Made by a program: the position numbers and the translations under genes | Shown here: in pieces, positions 1 to 9,441 of the stretch | Layout: each line of letters starts with the position of its first letter | How positions within the stretch are numbered: the first letter of the stretch is position 1 | Notes under the pieces: model-generated | Databases searched by the model: none | What the model was told of the DNA's origin: nothing | What the model saw: the letters and a program-made list of their open reading frames with translations, nothing else | Origin: Trueperaceae bacterium | GTDB taxonomy: Bacteria > Deinococcota > Deinococci > Deinococcales > Trueperaceae | Assembly (NCBI GenBank): GCA_965213925.1 | Contig: OZ243927.1 | Location: 1,888,001-1,952,000 of the forward strand | Length of the DNA stretch: 64,000 bases | Reading direction: 5' to 3'

Positions 1-895
1 TGACGAGACGCTTGGTGTCGTTTTCGCGAAAGACGTTGCCGACGCCGCGCACCGCCTGGAGCACTGCGCATTGGTCCCACGAGGGACGCGACCTACGCTT
101 GGAGCCGTAGAACTTCCTGTACGCTTGACCGACGGGGTTGTCACCGCTCAGGCGTTTACCCGTTCGCACGTCGCGGCAAACCTCGCCGTTTTGAAAGGCG
201 ATTTTGGTAGGCCAGGAGCGCACGAGTTCTCGAGCGTTCGCCGATGACTTAGCTGGACCGCCCGTTAGGTTAAAGTCTCTTTTTTCCGAGGCTCCACCCA
301 TCACCACGACCTCTTTGACCTTTTGCACCACCAGCTCACGCCCTCCTAATGGCGACACTTCATCGGGTTCGCTGCGGAGCAGTTCGGCGAGATTTTCAGG
401 AAAGCCGGTGACGACGACCGTAACGGAGCGGTCGGGTTGTTCGCTGAGCACGCGGCGGTAGTTAGCGGTCGCCGAAGGAACGGTCTCGGTAGCTGTATCG
501 TGGTCAAAACGTTTGTTCAGATAGACGTTGAACCGGTGCTGTGAGTCGTTCCAGTAGGGCGCGGCGGTCCGCCACACGTCGGGTCCTTGCCTGTTCTGCC
601 CGATAGGAATGTCCGGTCTGCCGTAATAGGTATTGACCGCGTCGATCGCGCCCGGCGTATGCGGGTCGAGTACCACCGAATTGACCCCGACGATCTCGGC
701 TTCGTGCCTGTCTGCCAAAGCGTGCAGCAGGGCGAGCGCCCCCACGTCGTCAACGTCGAAACCAAAGTCAGTGTCGAAGAAGATGCGCGGCGCTTCGTCT
801 CTCGTCTCTACGATTTGCGACGGTTCGTCTGTTTGCGAGCAGGCTGCAAGGAGGGCAAAGCATAGCGTAAGGGAGAGGAGTTTCGGAGAATGCAT
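1..895 (-). CDS. Nucleoside hydrolase (IU-NH) family lipoprotein, 3' end beyond the window edge
   Basis: Not in the ORF track. Read manually from ATG at 895: MHSPKLLSLTLCFALLAAC (lipobox), then IFFDTDFGFDVDDVGAL (DxDxxxDD motif), VVMGG, DFNL, SWDQ. Open to position 1. Confidence 0.8.
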   Translation of the reverse strand, partial: MHSPKLLSLTLCFALLAACSQTDEPSQIVETRDEAPRIFFDTDFGFDVDDVGALALLHALADRHEAEIVGVNSVVLDPHTPGAIDAVNTYYGRPDIPIGQNRQGPDVWRTAAPYWNDSQHRFNVYLNKRFDHDTATETVPSATANYRRVLSEQPDRSVTVVVTGFPENLAELLRSEPDEVSPLGGRELVVQKVKEVVVMGGASEKRDFNLTGGPAKSSANARELVRSWPTKIAFQNGEVCRDVRTGKRLSGDNPVGQAYRKFYGSKRRSRPSWDQCAVLQAVRGVGNVFRENDTKRLV

Positions 896-1081
896 GACGT
901 GAGCCTTTCAGAGGATTCAGTTGCGCGAGGGTCGGGCGGTGCGTAAACCGGAATAACCCAGTGGAGGGTAGGCCGACGCACTCGGCTCATCAACATCGTA
1001 CTTCATGAGCCTATTCCTTCATTATCTTAATTCTTATTTGTGAGAGCTTACTAATCTTGCTTCTAATAGCACTTCCACGAC

Positions 1082-1678
1082 TCATTGAGACAGATAGCCG
1101 CAATGTTCAAAGGCGTTTTGAGCGTCGTCTTGAGTAACTGTAAGCACAGCGTCTTCAAAGGCTTGCTTGAGCTCAGGTACGGTGTCGGCGCGTTGCTTTT
1201 TGAGCCAGGCTTTGATCTTAGCGAAGAGATGCTCGATAGGATTGAAGTCAGGGGAGTAGGTGGGCAGGTAAAGCAACTCGCACTCAGCGTCCTCAATCAG
1301 TTCTCTCACCTTATGGTTGTGGTGGATGGTGAAGTTATCCATGATGACGATCTGTCCAGCTTTGAGTGTCGGTACAAGCGAGTGTTCGATGTACGTTAAG
1401 AACGCGGCTCTATCGACACTTCTGTCAAAGACAAGGCAGGCTCGGGGGTTCATGCCCTGCGTACTCACTGCGGCGATGAGACTCACTTTACCTTTGCGCC
1501 TTTTCGGAGCCGTGTCTTCTATCCTTGCGCCACCCACGATGCGGGCGTAAAGTCTCGTCAAGCCCAACCAGCCCCCTGCTTCATCGACGAACACCAAGCG
1601 GCTTGCCGCCTCTTTCAGCGTCGCCTCTAGCCAAGCCTGTCGCGCTTCATCATCACCTTCACTCGGACGTAAAGTCTT
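1082..1678 (-). CDS. IS630 transposase ORF B (DDE catalytic part), entered by frameshift
   Basis: KTLRPSE...LVFVDE, IVIMDN, YLPTYSPDFNPIE motifs. The frame stays open upstream of the ORF-track start back to the A7G run. Confidence 0.88.
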   Translation of the reverse strand, partial: KTLRPSEGDDEARQAWLEATLKEAASRLVFVDEAGGWLGLTRLYARIVGGARIEDTAPKRRKGKVSLIAAVSTQGMNPRACLVFDRSVDRAAFLTYIEHSLVPTLKAGQIVIMDNFTIHHNHKVRELIEDAECELLYLPTYSPDFNPIEHLFAKIKAWLKKQRADTVPELKQAFEDAVLTVTQDDAQNAFEHCGYLSQ

Positions 1679-2018
1679 TTTTTCTCCTTACACCCAAGCG
1701 AGCAAAGTAGTTCGCAATACTCGACTTCTTGAGACTCACGCCCTGTTCTTCGTAAAACAGTGCAGCGTGCTCTTCTAAGCTCGCGTCACTGTTCTCTTCT
1801 AGTTGCTCTAGCAGCTTTTGGCGTAGCTCAGCGCTCAAGCGTTGCTTCTGTCCTGGATGTCTTTTCGCCTTCACACTACCTTGCTTCTCTAACTCGAGGT
1901 AGCGATACACACTTGCACGGCTGACCTTGTAACGTTCAGCTACCGCAACTTTATCTAGCTTCTCGACTTTCACCGCTTTGACAATTCGCTCTCTTAAATC
2001 GACTGAGTACGCTCGCAT
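1659..2018 (-). CDS. IS630 transposase ORF A (HTH DNA-binding part)
   Basis: MRAYSVDLRERIV N-terminus, HTH, ends RRKKDF at an A7 run. Confidence 0.9.
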   Translation of the reverse strand: MRAYSVDLRERIVKAVKVEKLDKVAVAERYKVSRASVYRYLELEKQGSVKAKRHPGQKQRLSAELRQKLLEQLEENSDASLEEHAALFYEEQGVSLKKSSIANYFARLGVRRKKDFTSE

Positions 2019-2290
2019 TCTCTAGCTTACCTCTGTCTCAATGTCTTTTGGAAGTGCTATAAGGTTGGCCTCATATATTTGCGGAGATTACAAAACTGTA
2101 CTCGCGAACTGCGTAGAACTTGAAGAAAACCTAGACTTGAAGAAAACCTTTCGCCAGCTTGATTCGTAGGACTAACGGAATACTCCCTACAACCCTCGAG
2201 CCTGAAAACAGAACTCGAGAAGGCGGAAGCGTGATGTGAATTCCGACCGATTCGCCTTCGTGCGAACCAATCTGAGCGAAATTCATATGA

Positions 2291-2319
2291 GAGGGGCTCG
2301 AGTCTGACTCGAGCCCCTC
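2291..2319. terminator. Strong hairpin downstream of glgP
   Basis: GAGGGGCTCGAGTC-T-GACTCGAGCCCCTC inverted repeat. No clear U tract. Confidence 0.55.
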
Positions 2320-2352
2320 CAAAACACCCTCTTCGAAACTTGAAAGTGCAGC

Positions 2353-4899
2353 TTACGCCCAGCGGATGCTATGCGCGTCGAACGCATTCACGAGGTGCTC
2401 GTGTACCGGATAGACCCGTACGCCGTAAGCCAAGCGGCCGCTGATTTCGGGCTTGAAACTCGTGCGGTACAAACTGCCGCCGTCGGCGTAAGACTCGACG
2501 CACTCCAAGGGCACTTTGCGCAGGTTGTGCTTGAGTTCGTCGGCTTCAGGGCTGTAGACGAGTTCGACCCGCAAGTCGGACGCCTCTAACTCTTTGGTGT
2601 TTAAGACCGCTTCAACCGTAATGGCGTCGCCGATATTTGCGGTGTGCTCACTCGCGGCTTTCGCAGTGAAGTAGAGCGTGTGCCAGCTTCTCTGAACGTG
2701 CCGCCGCCACTCGGCGAGGTCGGCGGCCGCTGCAAAGTCGCCCTCTTCCATCACCTCCGTACGCTCCGAGCCGGGCGCGTAGAACTTGGTCACATAATCC
2801 TTGACCATGCGCTGCGCGTTGAAGTTCGGGCTCACCGTGGCGATCGCGTCTTTCGAGCGCTCCAGCCACGCCTGCGGCAAACCGTTCTCGTCACGCTCGT
2901 AGTAGAGCGGCACGACTTCGCGTTCCAAGAGGTCGTAAAGCGCGTCCGCGTCCGCGGCGTCGGCTTGCTCGGGGTCGGTGATGTTTCGGCCCGCGCCGAT
3001 CGCCCAGCCGTTCTGACCGTCGAAGCCTTCGGGCCACCAGCCGTCTAGGATGCTCAGGTTCAAAACGCCGTTCATCGCCGCCTTTTGCCCGCTCGTGCCT
3101 GACGCCTCCAGAGGGCGACGCGGGTTATTGAGCCAAACGTCCACGCCCCTCGTGATGGCGCGACCTACCGCCATGTCGTAGTCCTCGATGAAGATGATCT
3201 TGCCCTTGAAACGCGGGTCATTGGAGAGGTTCTGAATCTTTTCGATGAGTTCTTGTCCCGGCTTATCGGCGGGGTGCGCTTTGCCCGAGAAGACGAGTTG
3301 CACGGGCTTGTCGTGGTTATTAAGGATGCGCGCTAAACGGTCTAAGTCCCTGAAGATTAGCGTGGCGCGTTTGTAGGTCGCAAAGCGGCGCGCAAAGCCG
3401 ATGGTCAGTGCGTTCTGGTCGAAGAGCGTGTCTAAAGCGCGGACATCCGAGGGGCTCGCGCCGTGGCGCTCTAACTGCGTGTGCAGGCGGCGTCTAAAAA
3501 AGTCGATGGTCTGCTCGTTGAGCGTTCGCCGCGCTTCCCAGAGCTTCGCGTTATCGATCTCTTTCGCGCCTTGCCACATCTCGGCGTCGTCTAGGCGGCT
3601 CAGCCAGTCGTCTGGTAAGACCTCTCGGGTCAGGTTACGGATTTCGGGGGAAACCCAGGTCGCCGCGTGCACGCCATTAGTGATGTGGTCAATCGGCACC
3701 TCTTCGGTGGGCACCTCGGGCCAGAGGTCGTTCCAGATGCGCCGAGAGGTCTCGCCGTGCAGCTCGGCGACGCCGTTGCGGCCGCTCGAGAAGCGGAGCG
3801 CCAGCGCGGGCATACTGAAGACCGGTCCCCAGCCGTGGTCGTGGCGGGCGAGGTCGAAAAACTGCTGCTGCGAAAGCCCTAAAGAGCCCCAGTAGCCGCT
3901 GAAAAAGTGCGTGATGAGTTCGAAGGGGAAGGCGTCGTTGCCCGCCGCGACGGGCGTATGAACGGTGAAGTTCGTCCCTGCGACCACCGCCTCGCGCGCC
4001 TGGTCGAAGCTCACGCCGCCCTCGACGAGTTCGCGGCAGCGCTCTAGGGGCATAAAGGCGCTGTGCCCTTCGTTCATGTGCCAGGCGGTCGGCTCGACAC
4101 CTAACGCGCGCAAGAGGCGCACGCCGCCGATGCCCAAAATAATCTCCTGCGCGATGCGCGTGCGCTGGTCGCCGCCATAAAGCCGCGCCAAAAGTGCCCG
4201 GTCTTCGGGGCTATTTTCGGGTACGTTGGTGTCGAGCAAGTAGACCTTGACCGCGCCGACTGACAGGAGCCACGCTCTCAGCTCGACCTCGCGGCTATGG
4301 AGCGTCACACGGACGCGCACCTCGTTGCCCGCGTCGTCATGGACGGGCTTAAAGGGCATTTCGCTCGGGCTGAGGCGTTCGTAGACCGCTTCTTGCTTGC
4401 CGTCCGCGCCGACCTGCTGGTGGAAGTAGCCTTCGGGGTACCAGAGCCCGACCGCCACGAGCGGGACGCCCAAGTCAGAGGCGGCTTTCGTGTGGTCGCC
4501 CGCCAAGATACCTAAGCCGCCCGAGTAAAGCGCCACCGCTTCGTGCCAGCCGTATTCGGCGCAGAAGTAGGCGTAGACGTGCTCCGAATCCGCCCCGTAG
4601 GTCTGCTTAAACCAGCTTTGGGGCGAGTCTAGGTAGGCGTCGAAGGCTTGGATGACATCGTCGTAGAGCGCCAAATATTCTTCGTTTTTCACGGCGGCCT
4701 CGAGCTTGCTCTGGTCGATGTCGCGCAGCATCGTCACCGGGCTATGCCCCACGCGCTCCCACAGTTCGCGGTCTAAACGCCTAAATACGCGCCGCGCGTC
4801 GGGTCGCCAGGTCCAGTAGAGGTTGTGCGCCAACTCGTCTAGGCGTTCGATGCGTTCGGGCAGATCGGGCAGGACAGTCACACGTCCTAAGACATTCAT
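2353..4899 (-). CDS. glgP: Alpha-glucan (glycogen/maltodextrin) phosphorylase
   Basis: YSGGLGILAGD, HMNEGH, ARRFATYKR, EASGTSGQK (PLP lysine). ATG at 4899 after a GAGGAG RBS. Confidence 0.95.
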   Translation of the reverse strand: MNVLGRVTVLPDLPERIERLDELAHNLYWTWRPDARRVFRRLDRELWERVGHSPVTMLRDIDQSKLEAAVKNEEYLALYDDVIQAFDAYLDSPQSWFKQTYGADSEHVYAYFCAEYGWHEAVALYSGGLGILAGDHTKAASDLGVPLVAVGLWYPEGYFHQQVGADGKQEAVYERLSPSEMPFKPVHDDAGNEVRVRVTLHSREVELRAWLLSVGAVKVYLLDTNVPENSPEDRALLARLYGGDQRTRIAQEIILGIGGVRLLRALGVEPTAWHMNEGHSAFMPLERCRELVEGGVSFDQAREAVVAGTNFTVHTPVAAGNDAFPFELITHFFSGYWGSLGLSQQQFFDLARHDHGWGPVFSMPALALRFSSGRNGVAELHGETSRRIWNDLWPEVPTEEVPIDHITNGVHAATWVSPEIRNLTREVLPDDWLSRLDDAEMWQGAKEIDNAKLWEARRTLNEQTIDFFRRRLHTQLERHGASPSDVRALDTLFDQNALTIGFARRFATYKRATLIFRDLDRLARILNNHDKPVQLVFSGKAHPADKPGQELIEKIQNLSNDPRFKGKIIFIEDYDMAVGRAITRGVDVWLNNPRRPLEASGTSGQKAAMNGVLNLSILDGWWPEGFDGQNGWAIGAGRNITDPEQADAADADALYDLLEREVVPLYYERDENGLPQAWLERSKDAIATVSPNFNAQRMVKDYVTKFYAPGSERTEVMEEGDFAAAADLAEWRRHVQRSWHTLYFTAKAASEHTANIGDAITVEAVLNTKELEASDLRVELVYSPEADELKHNLRKVPLECVESYADGGSLYRTSFKPEISGRLAYGVRVYPVHEHLVNAFDAHSIRWA

Positions 4900-5198
4900 A
4901 AAAACTCCTCGGTTCGCTCTGGGTTGCAGGGACAGATTGCAGGGACAGGGGGAACGATCAATCAATATTGAAATTTACCACTCTTTAGAAGGTGTTGCCT
5001 AGAGAAAAGTGCCTCATTTAAGCTGTTCACACGGGTACTTTTGTGGTTCTAAGTGAATAGAACGCACCTGCCCCATCTTTTCCCCTCGCATCTTATACCG
5101 AAGACGCGGCGAAACAGCAAGAGAGCGTACACCTTTTTCCTACCCAAGCGCATCCAGTTGACGACACCAGCGCCTAAAGTAAGACAGAATAGAGGCTA

Positions 5199-6800
5199 GT
5201 GATTCCTTCGACGCGCCCCCAACCTCACAAGCAGCCGCGCAAACGCGCTCGAACCCGGCGGTGGCCGCCCCTTATCGTGCTCGTGCCGAGCGTGGTCGTG
5301 GCTGCGTCGGTGCTCCTGCCGCTCGTCTACCTCGTGCTGCGCTCTTTCGAGGCGGGCGAGGGCGTGTGGTCTTTCGTCTTACGTCCGCGCACGCTGGGCG
5401 TCGTGTGGCGCAGTTTAACGCTCGCCTTCTGCGTGACGACGGCGAGTCTGGCGCTCGCTCTGCCTATCGCTTGGCTGACCTTGCGCACCGACTTAGCGCT
5501 GCGGCGACTCTGGTTCGTCCTGAGCGTGTTGCCGCTCGTAATCCCCAGCTTCGTGGGCGCGTTCGCGCTCGTCTCGGCGTTCGCGCCCGGCGGACTTGTC
5601 ACGACTTGGCTTCCTTTCGACCTGCCGAGCCCTTACGGGTTCTGGGGCGCGTTCGCCGTGCTCACGCTCTTTAACTACCCCTACATGCTCCTGGCGATCC
5701 GGAGCGGTCTGCGCGGGCTCGACCCGAGTTTGGAGGAGGCGGCGCGGAGCTTGGGGCGAGGACGCACGCGCACGTTTTTAGAGGTGACGCTGCCGCACCT
5801 TCGCCCCGCGATCGCTGCGGGTGCGCTCCTCGTCTCGCTCTACGTTCTGTCGGACTTCGGCGCGGTCTCGATGCTGCGCGTGGAGACCTTTACCCAGGCG
5901 ATCTACATTCAGTACAAAGGCTCCTTCAACCGCGCCAACGCCGCTGTTTTAGGGTTGATGCTCGTCTCGCTCATCGGGATAGTGATGCTCGTAGACGCCG
6001 CCGTGCGCGGACGCTCCCGCTTAGACAGGCTCGGCTCAGGGGCGGCGCGAAAGCCCGCGCTCGTCAAACTCGGCGCGTGGCAAGGACCGGCGCAGCTCTT
6101 TCTAGGAAGTGTGACGCTCGCCGCGCTCGTCTCGCCCTTGTCGGTCATGGTGGTGTGGTTCTTGCGGGGTTTACGGAGCGGACAGGCGTTCAGCGTCGAA
6201 CTCGCGCCTATCTGGAACGCGGTCAGCGTGTCGCTCGCTGCGGCGCTCCTCACGAGTCTTGCGGCGGTGCCTATCGCGGTTTTAGCGGTGCGCTTTCCCT
6301 CTAAGCTCAGCGCGTCCTTAGAGCGCTTAACTTACGTCGGCTACGCGCTCCCCGGCATCGTCGTGGCGCTCTCTTTAGTCTTCTTCGGCGCACGCTACGC
6401 GCCCTGGCTCTACCAGACACGCGCTATGCTCGTCTTCGCCTACGCGGTGCTCTTCTTGCCGCAAGCGGTGGGCAACGTGCGGGCGACGCTCCTGCAGGTC
6501 AATCCGCATTTAGAAGAGGCGGCGCGGAGCTTGGGGCGAGGACGCACGCGCACGCTTTTAGAGGTGACGCTGCCCCTCGTACGCAGCGGGCTCATCACGG
6601 GCGCGGCTATCGTCTTTCTGACGAGCATGAAGGAGTTGCCCGCCACGCTCCTCTTGAGCCCTATTGAATTCAACACGCTCGCCACGCGCATCTGGTCGTG
6701 GACCACGGAGGCGTTTTTCGCCCAAGCTGCACCCTACGCGCTGCTCTTGGTACTCGTGTCGTCGCTCTCGGTCGGTATTCTGCTGTCGCAAGAGGAGTAG
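5199..6800 (+). CDS. Fe3+/thiamine-type ABC transporter permease (FbpB-like, two fused TM domains)
   Basis: Highly hydrophobic, two EEAARSLG (EAA) loops, SDFGAV and MKELPAT motifs. Confidence 0.9.
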   Translation: MIPSTRPQPHKQPRKRARTRRWPPLIVLVPSVVVAASVLLPLVYLVLRSFEAGEGVWSFVLRPRTLGVVWRSLTLAFCVTTASLALALPIAWLTLRTDLALRRLWFVLSVLPLVIPSFVGAFALVSAFAPGGLVTTWLPFDLPSPYGFWGAFAVLTLFNYPYMLLAIRSGLRGLDPSLEEAARSLGRGRTRTFLEVTLPHLRPAIAAGALLVSLYVLSDFGAVSMLRVETFTQAIYIQYKGSFNRANAAVLGLMLVSLIGIVMLVDAAVRGRSRLDRLGSGAARKPALVKLGAWQGPAQLFLGSVTLAALVSPLSVMVVWFLRGLRSGQAFSVELAPIWNAVSVSLAAALLTSLAAVPIAVLAVRFPSKLSASLERLTYVGYALPGIVVALSLVFFGARYAPWLYQTRAMLVFAYAVLFLPQAVGNVRATLLQVNPHLEEAARSLGRGRTRTLLEVTLPLVRSGLITGAAIVFLTSMKELPATLLLSPIEFNTLATRIWSWTTEAFFAQAAPYALLLVLVSSLSVGILLSQEE

Positions 6801-6803
6801 CGC

Positions 6804-7623
6804 TCACACGACCTCAGATTCAAAATACGCCTCGAACAACTCGGGGTTAAACGAGCTTACCGAGACGATCTCCTGCACGACGATGATCACTTCGAAGTCG
6901 TGCGCGAGGGCGCTTATCTCACCTAGTCGGGCAGCGCGGCGGTAGACCTCTGCCATCATGTCCGCCTCGTCCATATCGGGGAACTCGAGCACGACCTCGT
7001 CGATGACCTCGGCGTAAATCTCCCGGATTCGCGCCTGGATGGAGGCGTGGGTCGCCTCGTAGTTGATATTTAAGGTGAGTTTGTGGGTCTTCTCGTCGCG
7101 GTAGCCACTACGCACCAAGCTCAGCCCGACGCTCTCGACGCGCCTAGCCGGGTTGATGGAGGTGATCACGCGCCCCACGTAGACTTTACCGGAGCGCAGG
7201 GTGATAGAGAGCAGCTTTTGCGTTTCCAGATGCTGAAAAAGCGTGATCTCTAAGGGGTCGCCCGCGCGCAGAATCTCTTTACGCTTCACCGCCTGGACGC
7301 GCAGCGCAGGAACGAAAAACCGGAGCAAGTTGAGCGGCCACCAGAGCGTCGCGCCCAAGAGAAAGCCGAGGACCGCCTGCGCTGAGTTCTGGATAGGGAC
7401 GAGGCTGTACCACCCGTCCAACACCTCCTGAAAAGGCGAAACGCCCCTTAGCGCTACGACTGAAAAGTGAGCGACGAGGAGAAAGACGCCGCCCGCTATG
7501 GAGGCGATGAGGACCAACTTGTAGCCCTGCAAGCGCTGAATTCGGTAGTAGAAGGGGTACCAGAGGCTGATAAAGATAAAGCCGCCCAAGAGGGGCCGGC
7601 AAGAAGAGGTTGACGCTCGGCAC
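6804..7623 (-). CDS. Hypothetical membrane protein; probable true start GTG 7623 with a 1-bp indel near 7592-7595
   Basis: 261-aa ORF with N-terminal TM helices and ITLRSGKVYVG. The upstream GTG overlaps the previous stop (TAGTG) but is one base out of frame. Confidence 0.6.
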
Positions 7624-7817
7624 TAGTCAGAGGGATCCTGCTTAGCGGCTAGACGCTTCTGAATAAGCAGGCGTAAAGCTTGCGGTGGCATGACCGCAAC
7701 CGCACTTTCAACATAGGGCGTGCCTGAGCGGGTGAACTTGACCGGCACACAGTCGCGCTCCGACGTGCGTTCGCGCCTCGAGACGCCCGGTAGGGTGATA
7801 CTCGCCACGTGGTTCAC
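7623..7817 (-). CDS. Small hypothetical protein
   Basis: 64 aa, AAGGAG RBS with TATACT upstream, stop overlaps the next start. Confidence 0.45.
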   Translation of the reverse strand: MNHVASITLPGVSRRERTSERDCVPVKFTRSGTPYVESAVAVMPPQALRLLIQKRLAAKQDPSD

Positions 7818-7868
7818 ACTCCTTAGCGCTAGTATAGCAGACCCCCTAGCAGACGCACACGCTCTAGG

Positions 7869-8570
7869 CTAGCGTCGCCCCGTCGGGTCCATCGGCGGCG
7901 CGTCGTAGAGAGGTCGCATGATCTCCGCTAAGTCGTCGCGGTCTTGATAGACGGTTCCGTGCAAGGGGCAAATGGTGCGAAGAGGTCGAGAAAAGGTGCG
8001 CCACTGCTCAGCGAGACGCTCCGTCATCGCTTCGGTCGGTCCGGGCGAGCGCTCCAAGCGCGGCGGCTCTTGGTCCTGGCGCGGTCCGGGTCCGACGGCA
8101 CAATCGCCCGCTAAGAGGACGCCGCCGTGTTCCGTCCAGTAAAGCATTACAGAGCCTGCCGTATGACCCGGAAAATGAACAACCTCCAAGCCCGACTTTC
8201 GCAGCACCTCGCTCTCCGCAGGATCATCAAAATCAACGCCCGACCTCTTTGCTTCAGGATGCGAAGCGTCATCCGGGTGGAGGAGGATGGGCAAGCCGTA
8301 CGCCTCTTGTAGCGCCTCGTAAGCGTCGCCTTGCCCCGCGACGTTGCGGTGAGAGAGGACGAGAACCTTGGGGGGATAACCTTTACTCGCTAAATCCTCA
8401 ACGCCTGAAAGCGTCCAGCTATAGGGCGCGTCGAAGAGGACGGAGTATCCCTCAAAGAGAAGGGCGAACGAGTTTGGGGGGCGTCCGCTGCCGCCCGTCG
8501 CCGCGCCTTTTTGGGGAAGCAGGATGAGATCGTTGTAGAGGGTTTGGCTGCCGGGGGAGAAGAAGTCCAT
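7869..8570 (-). CDS. Metallo-beta-lactamase fold protein (degenerate metal motif)
   Basis: LSHRNV in place of HxHxDH; HFPGHTAGS, LLAGD, CPLHG. Confidence 0.75.
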   Translation of the reverse strand: MDFFSPGSQTLYNDLILLPQKGAATGGSGRPPNSFALLFEGYSVLFDAPYSWTLSGVEDLASKGYPPKVLVLSHRNVAGQGDAYEALQEAYGLPILLHPDDASHPEAKRSGVDFDDPAESEVLRKSGLEVVHFPGHTAGSVMLYWTEHGGVLLAGDCAVGPGPRQDQEPPRLERSPGPTEAMTERLAEQWRTFSRPLRTICPLHGTVYQDRDDLAEIMRPLYDAPPMDPTGRR

Positions 8571-8588
8571 ACGTTCCTCTTTTCTAGG

Positions 8589-9431
8589 CTAGAGGTCGGA
8601 GAGTAAAGTGCGTAGACTCGAGCCCGCCCTCTCCCCTGCTTCTCGTGCGCTCATCGCGTCGAAGTCGTCCGAAAAGAGTTCGATTCCTACCGAGGATAAC
8701 CCATCTATCTCGTTCAAAATCTTTAAGGCTGATTCTAAAGCGAAATCGCCCTCACCGGGCGGCAAGCGGTAATGCAGCAAATCCTCGCTCAGTGAGCCAC
8801 CTCGAATTTCAGCCTTGGCGTCCGCAACCTGCACACGGTAGATGCGCTCGCCGGGGACCGTCTGGAGTAGGTCGTCATCTGGGTCACTGCGAAAATAGTG
8901 CCACATATCGAAGACCAAACCGCCGTTAGGCTTGTCGGCCTCCTTGACGATCTCCCAAGCGGTGGCGAGTGAGTCGATGCTCGAGGTCGGCATGAACTCC
9001 AAGTGCACCTGCCAGCCGTTCTGCGCCGCCTTATCACAGATAGTTGCGAAGCTCTCCACCAAAGCATCTTTAGGAAACTCGTTCATGAAGGGCTCAATGA
9101 CGCTCATTGATTCAATGCCTAAGACCTCACCCATACGGAAGAAGTCACCTTCATCAACATCTAAGAATGCTAGGTCGTCCTCATTTAGACCGTCCGGTGG
9201 ATTCCAAGAAGGTGTCCACTTCGTAAAGGGGTCTAAAACCGTGACCTTGAGACCGCTCTCGTCCATCATGGCACGCATGTCTTTCACGGAAGTACCCTTC
9301 TCGGTGAACATCTTGTAGTCAAGCGGAAACAGTGACATGGTCTTAAAGCCGCCCGCTTGCGCTGCCTCGATGCGCTCTTTGAAACTCTTGTTTCTGACTG
9401 TCGCTGCCCAAAGCATAAGGTCTCGGTTCAT
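8589..9431 (-). CDS. Sugar phosphate isomerase/epimerase (AP endonuclease 2 / xylose isomerase-like TIM barrel)
   Basis: HLEFMP, VFDMWH, VQVAD, RLPPGEG, GIELFS. Confidence 0.8.
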   Translation of the reverse strand: MNRDLMLWAATVRNKSFKERIEAAQAGGFKTMSLFPLDYKMFTEKGTSVKDMRAMMDESGLKVTVLDPFTKWTPSWNPPDGLNEDDLAFLDVDEGDFFRMGEVLGIESMSVIEPFMNEFPKDALVESFATICDKAAQNGWQVHLEFMPTSSIDSLATAWEIVKEADKPNGGLVFDMWHYFRSDPDDDLLQTVPGERIYRVQVADAKAEIRGGSLSEDLLHYRLPPGEGDFALESALKILNEIDGLSSVGIELFSDDFDAMSAREAGERAGSSLRTLLSDL

Positions 9432-9441
9432 GGTGCTCCTC

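Larger units (their letters stand above)
1067..2059 (-). mobile_element. IS630-family insertion sequence (~1 kb)
   Basis: 28-bp imperfect TIRs, 24/28 identical: TAGCACTTCCACGACTCATTGAGACAGA (1067-1094) and TCTGTCTCAATGTCTTTTGGAAGTGCTA (2032-2059). TA at both ends. Two transposase ORFs; lower GC than flanks. Confidence 0.92.
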
